Source: Spirochaetia bacterium (GTDB lineage: Bacteria; Spirochaetota; Spirochaetia; DSM-27196; Salinispiraceae). Taken from it: DNA of 64,000 nucleotides. A program made the translations under genes and the position numbers. The stretch is from NCBI GenBank assembly GCA_038204425.1, contig JBBRCZ010000002.1:160001-224000 (forward strand), in the 5' to 3' direction. Each line of letters begins with the position of its first letter. Position 1 is the stretch's first letter. A model generated the notes under the pieces. The model was given only the letters and a program-made list of their open reading frames with translations, did no database searches and was not told where the DNA came from. This document shows, piece after piece, positions 31,144-41,691 of the stretch.

Positions 31144-33102
31144 ATGCGCTTGCAAGAACGTGTACTCAATTTTGCTCACCAGCTAGTTTTTCTGAGAACT
31201 GATGCACAGGTCAGTGGCATAGATGTTTTTTTGCACTACCAACGACTAATACTGCACTGGTTCTACGTTATTGGGGCAACGGCGTTTTTGGTGCTTATGC
31301 CTGGACCTTTGATTTTTCTCTTTCAGATTGCAGATTTCCCTATCTTTTGGTTTGTGCTTTTTAACATTGTGGTTTTTTTTGTAAGTATGCTTTTACCCAA
31401 GGTATCCTTTAAGCTTAGATCACTAACTATCGTCTACATATTTTTTAGTTTTGGTGTATTTTATATTCTGCAGCGAGGCATGCTGGGCTCAGGATTTTTA
31501 TGGCTTTTTGTGGTGCCAATACTGTGCATTGCCCTTATAGATAGAAGAACCGGCGTGTTCTTTTTGCTGCTGGATTGTTCTATTGTGCTCACTATCGCAG
31601 TATTGCAAGACTTGCGTATTTTTACATGGTACTTTGATAGTTGGAAGTTTTACCTCTTGGTACTCAACTTTTGTGCCTTATCTATCTTGGTTACCACCCT
31701 GATGGCTCTGTTGATTACAGGCCTCAAGAAGTTGCTCAGTGACTTAGATCGCCTTAACATTGACCTGAGAGATACCAACGACCAAAGAAGCGCGGCCGAA
31801 AGTCGCGTCAACTACTATCGCAACTACAACCCTCTGACGCAGCTTCCTAATCGAGCTTCTTTTATGATCCAGTTAGATGCAGCTCTAGTCCAGGCCAGAA
31901 CACTTGGTACTTCTTTGGCAATGATTACGCTTGATTTAGACCGATTTGCCTGGATTGGCATGACACGTGGCAGCAGAGTGGCTGACAGAGTTTTAGTAGA
32001 TCTCGGCAATTTGCTACACCGACGCAAACGCAATGGCGACCTTGTTGCGCACACCAATTCTGACGACTTTGCTGTAGTTCTATCAGGAACTACTGCGGCA
32101 GCAGACGTTAGGGCCTGGCTCGGCTCGATTCACACTGCCTTAACAAAACTAAGTGGCAAGGACTCGGTTTATCCGAGCTTGACTTGTTCTGTCGGTGTGT
32201 CGTTTTTTCCTAGCGATGGCTCCAATGCTGATGAGTTGGTAAAAAACTCAGAAGCCGCCTTGGCTCGAGCCAAACTCAAGGGCAAGGAAAGTCTGGTATT
32301 TTACGACCAGCGTGTCCACCAAGACGCTATGGAGCGTTTTAACCTTGAGGATCAGATTAGCCGTGGCATTGATGAAGGCAGCTTTTTGGCATGGTACCAA
32401 GCCCAAGTAGACAAAGACGGCAAAATATATGGCGCAGAAGCTTTGGTTCGCTGGAAGACTGCCAGCGGCATTGTTGCTCCGCTTCACTTTATCGAGACGG
32501 CCGAAAGAATGGGAAGCATCATTCAGATTGGCGAACAGGTATTGAGACAAGCCTGTATGGACTATAAACGCTGGCAGATCGCCGGACTGCAACCTGGCAA
32601 AATTTCCGTAAACTTGTCGCCCTTTCAGTTCAACAGCCCATTTTTGGTTGCCAGTATAGAAAAAATAATCCAAGATATTGACTTTGACACCAAAAACTTA
32701 ACGTTAGAAATCACCGAGAGTGGCATCATGGAAGATGCAAGCAAGGCCTTGGATAAACTCAATGCAATTAGTGCCATGGGTATTTCGATTGCAATTGACG
32801 ATTTTGGGACGGGTTACTCGTCCATTGCTAAACTCAAGGATTTTCCCGTTGATTGCCTCAAAATTGATAGGTCATTTATTACGACTTTACCAGCCGACAC
32901 TAAGACCTTAACCATTACTAAGGCAGTTATAGACTTGGGTAGAAACCTAGGTTTTAAGTTGGTAGCCGAAGGTGTAGAGCGGCTTGACCAAGTTGAGCTC
33001 TTGGCCAATTTGGGCTGCGATCTCTTCCAAGGCTTTTATTTTGCCAGACCTTGTCCGGCGGCAGACTTTGAGTTGCTGCTCAAAAAAAGGATGGAATCCT
33101 AA
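31144..33102 (+). CDS. Membrane-bound GGDEF(degenerate)-EAL c-di-GMP phosphodiesterase
   Basis: N-terminal TM bundle, NPLTQLPNR, NSDDF in place of GGDEF, intact EAL, DDFGTGYSS, AEGVE, QGFYF. Confidence 0.9.
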   Translation: MRLQERVLNFAHQLVFLRTDAQVSGIDVFLHYQRLILHWFYVIGATAFLVLMPGPLIFLFQIADFPIFWFVLFNIVVFFVSMLLPKVSFKLRSLTIVYIFFSFGVFYILQRGMLGSGFLWLFVVPILCIALIDRRTGVFFLLLDCSIVLTIAVLQDLRIFTWYFDSWKFYLLVLNFCALSILVTTLMALLITGLKKLLSDLDRLNIDLRDTNDQRSAAESRVNYYRNYNPLTQLPNRASFMIQLDAALVQARTLGTSLAMITLDLDRFAWIGMTRGSRVADRVLVDLGNLLHRRKRNGDLVAHTNSDDFAVVLSGTTAAADVRAWLGSIHTALTKLSGKDSVYPSLTCSVGVSFFPSDGSNADELVKNSEAALARAKLKGKESLVFYDQRVHQDAMERFNLEDQISRGIDEGSFLAWYQAQVDKDGKIYGAEALVRWKTASGIVAPLHFIETAERMGSIIQIGEQVLRQACMDYKRWQIAGLQPGKISVNLSPFQFNSPFLVASIEKIIQDIDFDTKNLTLEITESGIMEDASKALDKLNAISAMGISIAIDDFGTGYSSIAKLKDFPVDCLKIDRSFITTLPADTKTLTITKAVIDLGRNLGFKLVAEGVERLDQVELLANLGCDLFQGFYFARPCPAADFELLLKKRMES

Positions 33103-33109
33103 GCATTTA

Positions 33110-33788
33110 GAGCTTAGCCAAAAGTTTGACGGCAGACGTAAAGCTCTGCTAATCCTTGCTCCAGCATTAGGCCAGTTTCTGCCGCATAGTAGCCGATCAG
33201 GTATTTCATTTGCACAAGGCGGTCGGTCTTGTCTCTGTTTTATATTAGGGATGCCATTAAAGCAGCTGACTTACCTTTAAGTAACAGAAACTCTGACCTA
33301 AGTGTATGGCCTGAGTGGGCTTGTTGTCTGCTCCCGGCATCTCGGTCTCCTCCCGCAATGCTGGGAGCAAAAAAAAGATAAGCGGCCAAGTGATGAAAAT
33401 AAATCAGAATGTTTTGCCGATTCTGCAAAAGCCTGCGCATACCAAATTAGGTACTGCGTTTGGAAAGGTTGTGCGTAGACAGCTTTCTCCAGATAGTCGG
33501 ATGCTATGTTCCAACGTTCTTGATGAGCTGCGATCCTCCCAAAATCGAAACTGGCTTCATGGTTACTTAGATCGGCCGCTAAGCTGCGCGGCAATATCAA
33601 CGCGACAAGATCAAATAGGCGTCTTTAAACTTTCCTGCTTTATAAAGTTCTCGAGCATTTTTAGTGTTTTCAAAGAAGGACATAGGTAGAGGAATTTGCT
33701 GAGCTTGGGGTGGTAACTGAAGGCCAAAAACCAAGAAAACCAAAGAACAAAAACTTGAGAATTTAGCTGAGAAGCAGAAAAAATCCAT
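33110..33788 (-). pseudogene. Frameshifted TPR-protein pseudogene
   Basis: Consecutive fragments in different frames: signal peptide plus YKAGKFKDA; FDFGRIA...YLIWYAQA; FFAPSIAGGD; YLIGYYAAETGLMLEQG. Confidence 0.6.
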
Positions 33789-33909
33789 TAGTATCGCTAT
33801 AGTTTGATAATTGATTGTGAGCTCTTAAGTCGGGTGCTTTACATGCACCGATACCAGACGGTATCTTTAGTGATCAATTGAGGCCGTTCTTGACAGTGCA
33901 GGAGATTTA

Positions 33910-36285
33910 ATGAAGACCATTTTGATTGTCGAAGATGATGCCTCAATTGCCATGACGGAAAAAATCCAGCTTGAGATCGCTGGCTATGAAGTCAAAGTCC
34001 TGTCAAAGGGCGAAGAAGCAGTTTCTTACCTTGCTGACCAAAGTCGCAAAGTTGATTTGGTCTTGATGGACATTGACTTGGGCTCGGGCATAGATGGTGC
34101 CGAAGCGGCACGTAGAATTTTAGCTTTTCGCGACATTCCAGTGGTTTTTATTTCTGCACACAGTGATGCTTTAGTTATTGCGCGCACAGACTCTATCACC
34201 TCTTACGGCTATATCGCCAAAAATTCGGCCGCAAGTGTGGTTCTTGCTTCGATAGGCATGGCGTTTAAACTATTTGATGCCTACCAAGACATTGCACGCC
34301 AGAAACGAACAATTGAAATCAAGAATGAAGAGTTGGAAGCTTCTCGTTACAACAACGTGCTACAAGAACGCCAGTTTGCTGAGCTGTTTAACAAAATTTC
34401 TATAGGACTGATTGTTATATCGACTGAGGATCAAGGCCAGACTTTTGTCCTTAGAGATCTCAATCCTTCTGCCGAGCGGATCAATAAACTTCCCAGGTCA
34501 AGCGCCCTTGGTCTTGAGCTCAAAGATGCGCTTCCTGGCATCAAAGATATGGCATTGCAGGCTGTAATAAACAGAGTTTGGAAAACAGGGAAGTCACAAG
34601 ACTTGCAAGCCAGTTTGTATTCTGACGACAAGGTGTCTTTGTTACTTAAGTTTGAGGTCTACAAACTGCCTTTAGGACAAATAGTAATGGTCTATGAAGA
34701 CGTTACCCAAGAACGATTGGCAGAACTTGAGATCCGTCGGCTCAATCGTTTGTATTCGTTTGTTAGCCAAATCAACCAGATGGTGACGCGCACTAAGACT
34801 AAGGAATTGATCCTGACCGAAGCATGTAGAATCGCCGTGGATTTTGGACAGTTTCATTTTGCCTGGGCGGCACTGGTTGACCAGGATAGCAATACGCTCA
34901 ATCCGCTTGCATCTTCAGGTAGCGACAAAGGCTATGTTGATGCGATTGCGAATCTCGGCTTGGACCTTGGACAAAACCAAAGCACCCAAAACCTTGCACC
35001 AGCTCTAAGGGCTGTTTGGAACAAAGAGCTGGTAGTCTGCAACGATATCGACAGTTCAGAAAATGGTTCAACCTGGGCAAATGAAGCCTATTTAAGAGAC
35101 TTTCGCTCGTGCATAGCCATGCCAGTTCTTGTCAATCAACAAGTACTTGCTGTTTTTTCTCTTTATACCAACGAGATATATTACTTTAACGAATCCGAGT
35201 TAAAACTGGTAGAAGGCGTTTGTCGGGACTTAGCCTATGCAATTTCTGTTTGTATACTGGAAGATGAAAAAGTCCAAGATGCCCAAGCGCTAAAGGCAAA
35301 TGAGGAACGTTATCGACTTCTTTTTGAGAGCATTGCACAAGGCTTTGCCCTGCATCAAGTAATTGAGAATGAACAAGGAATAGCAGTCAGTTACCGCTTC
35401 CTGAGCGTAAATCCGGCCTTTGAAAAAATGACAGGCATCAAGGCAGCCGATATCGTAGGCAAAAGTGTGCATGAGGTATTTCCTCAAGTTGAAAATCATT
35501 GGCTAGAGGCTTACAGCAAGGTGGCGCAAACGGGTGAACCTATCCATATGGAAAATTACTCGGCAGATATTGGCAAGCACTTTGAAACCTGGGTCTATTC
35601 GCCCCAAAAAGGGCGCTTTGCGGTTGTATTTTCTGACATTACCGCTCGCAAAATAGCCAATGAGTCCCTCAAGAACTTAATATCCCAAAAAGAAATACTA
35701 CTTAAAGAACTGCAACACCGCGTCAAAAACAACCTGAGCGTGGTATCGAGTCTGCTCTATTTAGAAAAGAATCAACTTAAAGACGAGCATAGCCAAGTAG
35801 TTTTTACCAACGCAATTTCACGAATTCAGACAATGGCAGGAATCTACGAGCAGTTGAGCTTGTCCGAACAACTGGGTACCGTGGACCTTAGCGTTTACTT
35901 AGGCAACCTTGCTCGTATGGTACTTTCTGCCTATCGTATTGATACCAGCAAAATCAAGTTGGAATGCAAAGTCGAGCCAATTCATCTTGATTCCAGCCGA
36001 GCAGTACTTCTTGGTTTGATCGCCAACGAGTTGATAGCAAACGCCGTTAAGTATGCTTTTACCAAGCGAAAAGAAGGCTGCATCACCATAATGTTAAAGC
36101 AAATCCATAGCAATATTTGTCTGACGGTTTTTGACAATGGCGATGGCATGCCTGAGCCCGTCCATGCAAACGAAAGCAAGAGCATCGGCTTGGATTTGGT
36201 TCGCATGCTTGCAGACCAGCTGCAGGCCAGCCTGTATTTTTATCTCGAATCGGGCAGTAAGATCGTTCTAGAATTTGCCCTCTAA
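33910..36285 (+). CDS. Hybrid sensor kinase: REC-PAS-GAF-PAS-HisKA_2/HATPase
   Basis: ILIVEDD/LMDID receiver, PAS (VNPAFEKMTG), GAF, ELQHRVKNNL H-box, NAVKY, DNGDG. Confidence 0.9.
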   Translation: MKTILIVEDDASIAMTEKIQLEIAGYEVKVLSKGEEAVSYLADQSRKVDLVLMDIDLGSGIDGAEAARRILAFRDIPVVFISAHSDALVIARTDSITSYGYIAKNSAASVVLASIGMAFKLFDAYQDIARQKRTIEIKNEELEASRYNNVLQERQFAELFNKISIGLIVISTEDQGQTFVLRDLNPSAERINKLPRSSALGLELKDALPGIKDMALQAVINRVWKTGKSQDLQASLYSDDKVSLLLKFEVYKLPLGQIVMVYEDVTQERLAELEIRRLNRLYSFVSQINQMVTRTKTKELILTEACRIAVDFGQFHFAWAALVDQDSNTLNPLASSGSDKGYVDAIANLGLDLGQNQSTQNLAPALRAVWNKELVVCNDIDSSENGSTWANEAYLRDFRSCIAMPVLVNQQVLAVFSLYTNEIYYFNESELKLVEGVCRDLAYAISVCILEDEKVQDAQALKANEERYRLLFESIAQGFALHQVIENEQGIAVSYRFLSVNPAFEKMTGIKAADIVGKSVHEVFPQVENHWLEAYSKVAQTGEPIHMENYSADIGKHFETWVYSPQKGRFAVVFSDITARKIANESLKNLISQKEILLKELQHRVKNNLSVVSSLLYLEKNQLKDEHSQVVFTNAISRIQTMAGIYEQLSLSEQLGTVDLSVYLGNLARMVLSAYRIDTSKIKLECKVEPIHLDSSRAVLLGLIANELIANAVKYAFTKRKEGCITIMLKQIHSNICLTVFDNGDGMPEPVHANESKSIGLDLVRMLADQLQASLYFYLESGSKIVLEFAL

Positions 36286-36295
36286 TGGAGTAACC

Positions 36296-37417
36296 ATGCC
36301 CAACAAAGAAGAAATTAAACGCTACCGAGCCAACCTACAGGCCGAACGCGAAGCAGTGTTTCTCTACAATCGCTTAGCCGACAGTGAAGCGGTGGCGCCT
36401 CTCAAAGAAGTATACCAAAAACTCGCGCTATGTGAGGCCAAACATGTTGCGGTCTGGGAAGCTAAACTTATTGACGCAGGACTTGAACCAGGACCGTTTA
36501 AACCGGGGATTAAGCCGCGGATCTTGGCATTTCTGTCACGCCGCGCCGGGGCTGCGGCTGTGGCACCCTTGATTGCCGCTATAGAAAAGGATGCAGCCAA
36601 TGAATACGCTGGCCAGAATTTTGTAGAAGCAATAGCGATGGACAAAGAAGAAAAGTCGCACGCACGCGTCTTTAGCTATTTAGCACGCCATGCCGACGGT
36701 GTGGAAGGCGCACAAGTTGCCCGGCTTGAAGGGCGACACAAAGCGGGTGGTAACGCCTTGCGTGCGGGTGTACTAGGCGCCAACGATGGTCTGATTAGTG
36801 TTTTTTCTTTGGTGATGGGTGTGGCCGGAACCGGTGCTGACAACCAAGCACTCCTAATCACTGGCGGAGCCGGACTTTTGGCGGGAGCCTTGTCGATGGC
36901 TATGGGCGAGTGGTTGTCGGTACAAAATGCTCGTGAGTTGTATCAAAACCAACTCAAAATAGAAGCTCAAGAACTTGAAGAAGCGCCCGAAGAAGAGCGT
37001 GAAGAATTGATACTAATTTATCAAGCCAAAGGGTTAGACTCAGAAACGGCAACAAAAATGGCGGATCGACTCCTACTTGACAAGACCCAGGCCCTAGACA
37101 CACTCGCACGAGAAGAACTCGCTATTGACCCGGCCGAACTTGGCGGCTCGGCCTGGGAGGCAGCATTTACCTCATTTGTGCTTTTTTGTCTTGGTGCACT
37201 GTTTCCTGTTTTGCCGTATTTTTTTGCATCAGGATCACTTGGTATCGTAGTAAGTGCAGTAAGTTCTGCACTTGGATTGTTTGTTTTGGGACTCTTGTCT
37301 AGCCTAATGAACGGACTTAACTGGCTTTGGTCGGGACTGCGCCAAGTCCTATTTGGCGTGGCAGCGGGTGCAATAACGTATGGCATTGGTACTTTGATAG
37401 GTGTCAGTTTGGGATAG
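36296..37417 (+). CDS. Ferritin-like (rubrerythrin) domain fused to VIT1/CCC1 metal transporter
   Basis: N-terminal E...ExxH...E...ExxH pattern, LRAGVLGANDGL, SMAMGEWLS. Confidence 0.88.
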   Translation: MPNKEEIKRYRANLQAEREAVFLYNRLADSEAVAPLKEVYQKLALCEAKHVAVWEAKLIDAGLEPGPFKPGIKPRILAFLSRRAGAAAVAPLIAAIEKDAANEYAGQNFVEAIAMDKEEKSHARVFSYLARHADGVEGAQVARLEGRHKAGGNALRAGVLGANDGLISVFSLVMGVAGTGADNQALLITGGAGLLAGALSMAMGEWLSVQNARELYQNQLKIEAQELEEAPEEEREELILIYQAKGLDSETATKMADRLLLDKTQALDTLAREELAIDPAELGGSAWEAAFTSFVLFCLGALFPVLPYFFASGSLGIVVSAVSSALGLFVLGLLSSLMNGLNWLWSGLRQVLFGVAAGAITYGIGTLIGVSLG

Positions 37418-37534
37418 GGATATTGGCCAACGATATTCTCCAATGATACTTGGCAATTACTCGTAGTTTAACGCAGTGATGGCAATACTCTAACAAATCA
37501 GCGTTAGATTCCCCTACCAGATGGGGGACTAGGC

Positions 37535-37882
37535 ATGAAGGCTTCGGCAAAGAAATTTGGAGAGACCGGCGCTGTACTCTTGTTGAGCGGAGAGATTGAC
37601 CTGTATTCCACCAGTGAACTTTGGAAGATGGTGTCAGGCATTCTTGAGCTCGGTCGAAAACATTTAATACTAGACGTGAGCGATGTGAACTACCTTGATA
37701 GCTCAGGTGTTGGGGTAGTCATCCGACTATTGCAAGAACTCAAAAAGCAGGGTGGTAAACTATTGGTGGCAGGTCTGCAAGGTTCGCCTAGGCAAGTTTT
37801 GCAGATGTCTAACATCATAAGTCTTTTGCAGCTCTGTGACAATGTAGAACAGGGCCGAGCCATGCTTGGCGAAGCAATTTAA
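37535..37882 (+). CDS. STAS anti-anti-sigma factor (RsbV/SpoIIAA-like)
   Basis: LSGEIDL and YLDSSG phospho-Ser motif. Confidence 0.9.
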   Translation: MKASAKKFGETGAVLLLSGEIDLYSTSELWKMVSGILELGRKHLILDVSDVNYLDSSGVGVVIRLLQELKKQGGKLLVAGLQGSPRQVLQMSNIISLLQLCDNVEQGRAMLGEAI

Positions 37883-37895
37883 AAAAGGATAAGGG

Positions 37896-38456
37896 ATGTT
37901 TATACCGCGCAAAATTATCATCGATGACCGCAACGAACTCTTTGACGCAAAAGGCATGAAGTATGTAGAATTTCCATCCGACTTTTCGCAGATCCGAGTT
38001 TACACTGCGCAGATCTTAGAAAAAGCTCCTGAGACTTTTTTAGAAGGCAACCTGCTGCATCAACAGTTGTCAGAAATTATTAAGAACGGCATCAAACATG
38101 GCAACAGGTCGGACCCCAGCAAAAAAATTAAAATCTGGTTTGACCTGCGTAAGCGAGCGCGCTTTATCGTAGAGGATGAAGGAGAGGGTTTCGTGCATTT
38201 GGAAGAATGGAATGAGTTTTTCTTTAAACGACAGAAAGCTCTCCATGAGGCCGATTTTGATACTTTTTTGCAGCTAGCCAACTACCAAGGCCCAACAAGC
38301 GACAACACCGACGGTGGCAACTCTTTGATCGCCGCTCTAGAATACTGGAACGGTGGTTTTATCTTTGGTGGCAAACGCAACAAAGTTGGCGTAGTGCGTT
38401 GGTTTAGCGGCGGAAGCAGTCGTAGCGAAAATGAGAATGGAAGCAGCAATGTCTGA
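37896..38456 (+). CDS. RsbW-like anti-sigma/Ser kinase (HATPase_c)
   Basis: SEIIKNGIKHGN N-box, VEDEGEGF G1 box, adjacent to the STAS gene. Confidence 0.78.
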   Translation: MFIPRKIIIDDRNELFDAKGMKYVEFPSDFSQIRVYTAQILEKAPETFLEGNLLHQQLSEIIKNGIKHGNRSDPSKKIKIWFDLRKRARFIVEDEGEGFVHLEEWNEFFFKRQKALHEADFDTFLQLANYQGPTSDNTDGGNSLIAALEYWNGGFIFGGKRNKVGVVRWFSGGSSRSENENGSSNV

Positions 38457-39279
38457 AAATGCAAGCCTCTTACAGAGGGCCCGCCACAGCTACACGGCTA
38501 CAATCCGTCAGCTTGAACCAAAGACGATACTGCAAACGCGTAAACTCTCGGTTTTGTTTGACAATGGACTTTACGGGTGTCGTGATATATCCATTAGTTT
38601 TTTTACCAATGCCATCACTTCGATAATTGGACCATCTGGCTGTGGCAAGTCTACCTTCCTCAAGGCTCTCAATCGTCTGCATGACGACCACGCACAGACC
38701 AAGGTGAGCGGTCAGGTAATGTTAGACGGCGTGGATATCTATAGCAAAGCGATAGATCCTATTGTTTTACGACGACGTATTGGGATGATATTTCAAAGAC
38801 CCTATCCTATTCCCCATTTGTCAATATTTGACAATGTGGCGGTTGGCTTGACACTTGTCGGTATCAAAAAGAAGCGTATGGTGCATGAGCAGGTCGAACA
38901 ATCGCTAAGGCGCGCTGCAGTATGGAATGAGGTAAAAGACAGACTAAGGGAACCAGCACTATCATTATCTGGTGGCCAGCAACAGCGCCTGTGTATCGCC
39001 AGAGCCTTGGCAATTGAGCCTGAAGTTCTATTGCTTGATGAGCCAACCAGTGCTCTCGATCCGATAGCTACCAAAATAGTAGAGGAACTATTGACCGAGC
39101 TCAAAAAGACCATAGGTATTGTTATGGTGACTCATTCGATGAACCAAGCCGCCAGAGTTAGTGATAGGACCGCCCTCTTTTTTGCAGGTGAAGTGATGGA
39201 ATACGGACCGACCGACATCATGTTTACGCGACCAGAAAAACAAATTACCTTGGATTATATAAATGGCCGAATTGAATAA
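38449..39279 (+). CDS. pstB: Phosphate ABC transporter ATPase PstB (no pstSCA adjacent)
   Basis: IIGPSGCGKST, LRRRIGMIFQRP, LSGGQQQRLCIARALA, DEPTSALDP, VTHSMNQAARVSD, C-terminal TxDYIxGR. Confidence 0.9.
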   Translation: MSENASLLQRARHSYTATIRQLEPKTILQTRKLSVLFDNGLYGCRDISISFFTNAITSIIGPSGCGKSTFLKALNRLHDDHAQTKVSGQVMLDGVDIYSKAIDPIVLRRRIGMIFQRPYPIPHLSIFDNVAVGLTLVGIKKKRMVHEQVEQSLRRAAVWNEVKDRLREPALSLSGGQQQRLCIARALAIEPEVLLLDEPTSALDPIATKIVEELLTELKKTIGIVMVTHSMNQAARVSDRTALFFAGEVMEYGPTDIMFTRPEKQITLDYINGRIE

Positions 39280-40507
39280 ATTAGTACTAGTTAAACCCGC
39301 AACGTTAGAGCATACTGTGTTAGAGCTCTTACCTCGACTTAAGGGCAACAAAGTCTTTCGCAAGCACCCTTCCGAAAAAGTGCATGGGCAGTCTATTCTC
39401 AAAGTTGTTACCCACTTCTTTACTGTCCACGCACTTGACCCGATAGAAGACATCGCTCGAGATTTTGAGGCCTTCCCAAAAGTGCTCGCTTTGGGAGTTT
39501 TGGATGATAAAGATCGCCTCATTGGATTGATAGACCGCAGTCAGTTTTTTAATGAGCTTGGTCAGCCTTTTGGACGTGATGTTTTAGTCAAAAAGCCAGC
39601 TTTGGCCATCGCTGAAGAAATCACTAATTTCTATTTTAACAAGAGTATTTTTTCTGTTGCCATCGAGCTTGATTCCAAGGATTTGGTCCAAGACAAAGTC
39701 TATTTCTTTGGTTTGACTGACGCTCAAGGACGATTTGCTGGGCTATTCTCGTCGATGGACCTGTTACGCTACTTGTCAAACGTAACGCAGCAAGACATAA
39801 GTCTGGCTGGTCAGTTGCAAGAGCGCCTAGTCAAAGAGAAACAGGCTGTTGAGGAAAAAAACTTCAGCTTTTACGGTTTTTCTCAATACGCCAAAGGTAT
39901 GGGCGGTGACTTTTATGGCATGTATCCAATTGGCGACGATCGTTGGTTTTTTACCATTTGTGATGTCTCAGGCAAAGGGGTTGCAGCTTCGGTTATTACC
40001 AGCATGTTGTGGGGTATGTTTAGACTGTACGACTGGCGTAAGGGACTCAAACACCTGATCCAAGAGGTCAATAAGGCGCTGATTCAAACCTTTCATTTGG
40101 AAAAATATGTCACTGGAGTTTTTGGCTTTTACGACGCCTCTAGCCGCAAGATCAAGCTTGCCGACATGGGGCATAGCATGGCCTATATTGTTCGCGACGG
40201 CAAAATTACCCACATCAATGGACCACACATCAACTTGCCAATTGGCCTAGAACTGGACTTGGATCCAAATATGATAAGCATAAAGCTTCAGCAAAGTGAC
40301 AGCTTGTTTTTTATGACTGACGGACTAGTAGAACAAGAGAACGCACAAGGGCAAACGCTAGAAGCCAAACAGTGGATCAAACGCCTACTACCGTTGGTAG
40401 AGAAAGACGCTGACCCACGAGACGCTATGCTTAGTTTGTTTAATGAGTTTCGCAAAGGCATACCGCAGCAGGACGACATAACTGCCATGGTTATGCAGAT
40501 CCGCTAA
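39263..40507 (+). CDS. CBS-like sensor plus PP2C (SpoIIE/RsbU) phosphatase
   Basis: GGDFY, DVSGKG, TDGL, DDIT motifs. N-terminal CBS-pair-like region. Confidence 0.88.
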   Translation: MAELNKLVLVKPATLEHTVLELLPRLKGNKVFRKHPSEKVHGQSILKVVTHFFTVHALDPIEDIARDFEAFPKVLALGVLDDKDRLIGLIDRSQFFNELGQPFGRDVLVKKPALAIAEEITNFYFNKSIFSVAIELDSKDLVQDKVYFFGLTDAQGRFAGLFSSMDLLRYLSNVTQQDISLAGQLQERLVKEKQAVEEKNFSFYGFSQYAKGMGGDFYGMYPIGDDRWFFTICDVSGKGVAASVITSMLWGMFRLYDWRKGLKHLIQEVNKALIQTFHLEKYVTGVFGFYDASSRKIKLADMGHSMAYIVRDGKITHINGPHINLPIGLELDLDPNMISIKLQQSDSLFFMTDGLVEQENAQGQTLEAKQWIKRLLPLVEKDADPRDAMLSLFNEFRKGIPQQDDITAMVMQIR

Positions 40508-40513
40508 AAGTTA

Positions 40514-41344
40514 CTAGTGCCCAGGATGTTCCAAACTAAATTTGCCCAAAGCGCCGCTTCGAAAGTCGTTCATAAGCATAATCTGGGTTCGTTCCAGATC
40601 TATGAGTCCGCCCTTGACCAAAAAGCCGCGCTTGTTGCCAATTTCTTGGATAATGCTTTGCGAGTTGTTGTCCAAACCAGTCAGTTTGTAGCGTTCCTTA
40701 AGAGCAGTTGGATAGTGTTCTAATAAAAAACTGATGGTAAGGTCGACAATAATCGAGAAGTCGTAAACGTCGTCTTTGATGGCCCCAAGCATCGCAAGGC
40801 GTTGGCCCGTCAATGGGTCGTCAAACTTGTGCCAGAGTATACCAGGACTGTCCACTAGTTCAAAATTTTCGCTCAGTCTTATTTTTTGTAGGGTCTTAGT
40901 GTGTCCCGGTTTGGGCGCGACTGATACCTTGTGGCCGTGACAAAGTGCGTTAATGAGCGTAGATTTGCCAACGTTTGGAATGCCAACTATCATAGCTCTT
41001 ACTGTTGCTAAGGACTTGACCTTGGACTTTGTTGCTTGTTGACAGGCCAGGACAATAGCGGCCAAGTTGAGGCGCTCTTTGGAGGAGACCAAGACAACGC
41101 GAGTGTTGACCTCTTGTTCTAGACGTGCCTTCCAGGCGGTTGTAGTCATAGAATCGGCAATATCAATTTTGTTGAGAATTACTACGCGAGCTTTGTCGCC
41201 AATAAGTTGATCCAAAAGCGGGTTGCGCGTTGAGATTGGTGCACGAGCATCTAAAAGCTCAAGATACACATCCACCGATGAACGGCTATCTTTAATTAGT
41301 TTGGTGGTTTTGGTCATGTGACCGGGAAACCATTGTATGGTCAT
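40514..41344 (-). CDS. rbgA: Ribosome biogenesis GTPase RbgA/YlqF
   Basis: IQWFPGHM, DARAP, NKID, GIPNVGKST, DSPG. Confidence 0.95.
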   Translation of the reverse strand: MTIQWFPGHMTKTTKLIKDSRSSVDVYLELLDARAPISTRNPLLDQLIGDKARVVILNKIDIADSMTTTAWKARLEQEVNTRVVLVSSKERLNLAAIVLACQQATKSKVKSLATVRAMIVGIPNVGKSTLINALCHGHKVSVAPKPGHTKTLQKIRLSENFELVDSPGILWHKFDDPLTGQRLAMLGAIKDDVYDFSIIVDLTISFLLEHYPTALKERYKLTGLDNNSQSIIQEIGNKRGFLVKGGLIDLERTQIMLMNDFRSGALGKFSLEHPGH

Positions 41345-41691
41345 GGAGTCTCCAATTGGCAACTTGTTACACATGCCTAGGTAGAAATGCTTCTAATGCC
41401 GTCCAGCACCTCACCACTATAGTTAGTGGCTACCAGATTAATACAGTTGCTTGCACGCTGCAAGGTCTACCGCACCTAGGCGGTGGTAGCGGTAATCATC
41501 CGGCATCTTTTCTTGGTTCATTGTCCTATCCTTTGATCTGCGAGAGATCGCCTTGGTTCAAAATCCATAGCTATACCTATAATAACAAGAAAACTTGCTT
41601 GAGCAAAAGGTGCCAATAGTCCCTAAGGAAGTACATTGGGTTTAGGTGGCACCGTTGACAGCCCTACAAACTTGCGAGTAGTTTGTGAGGC

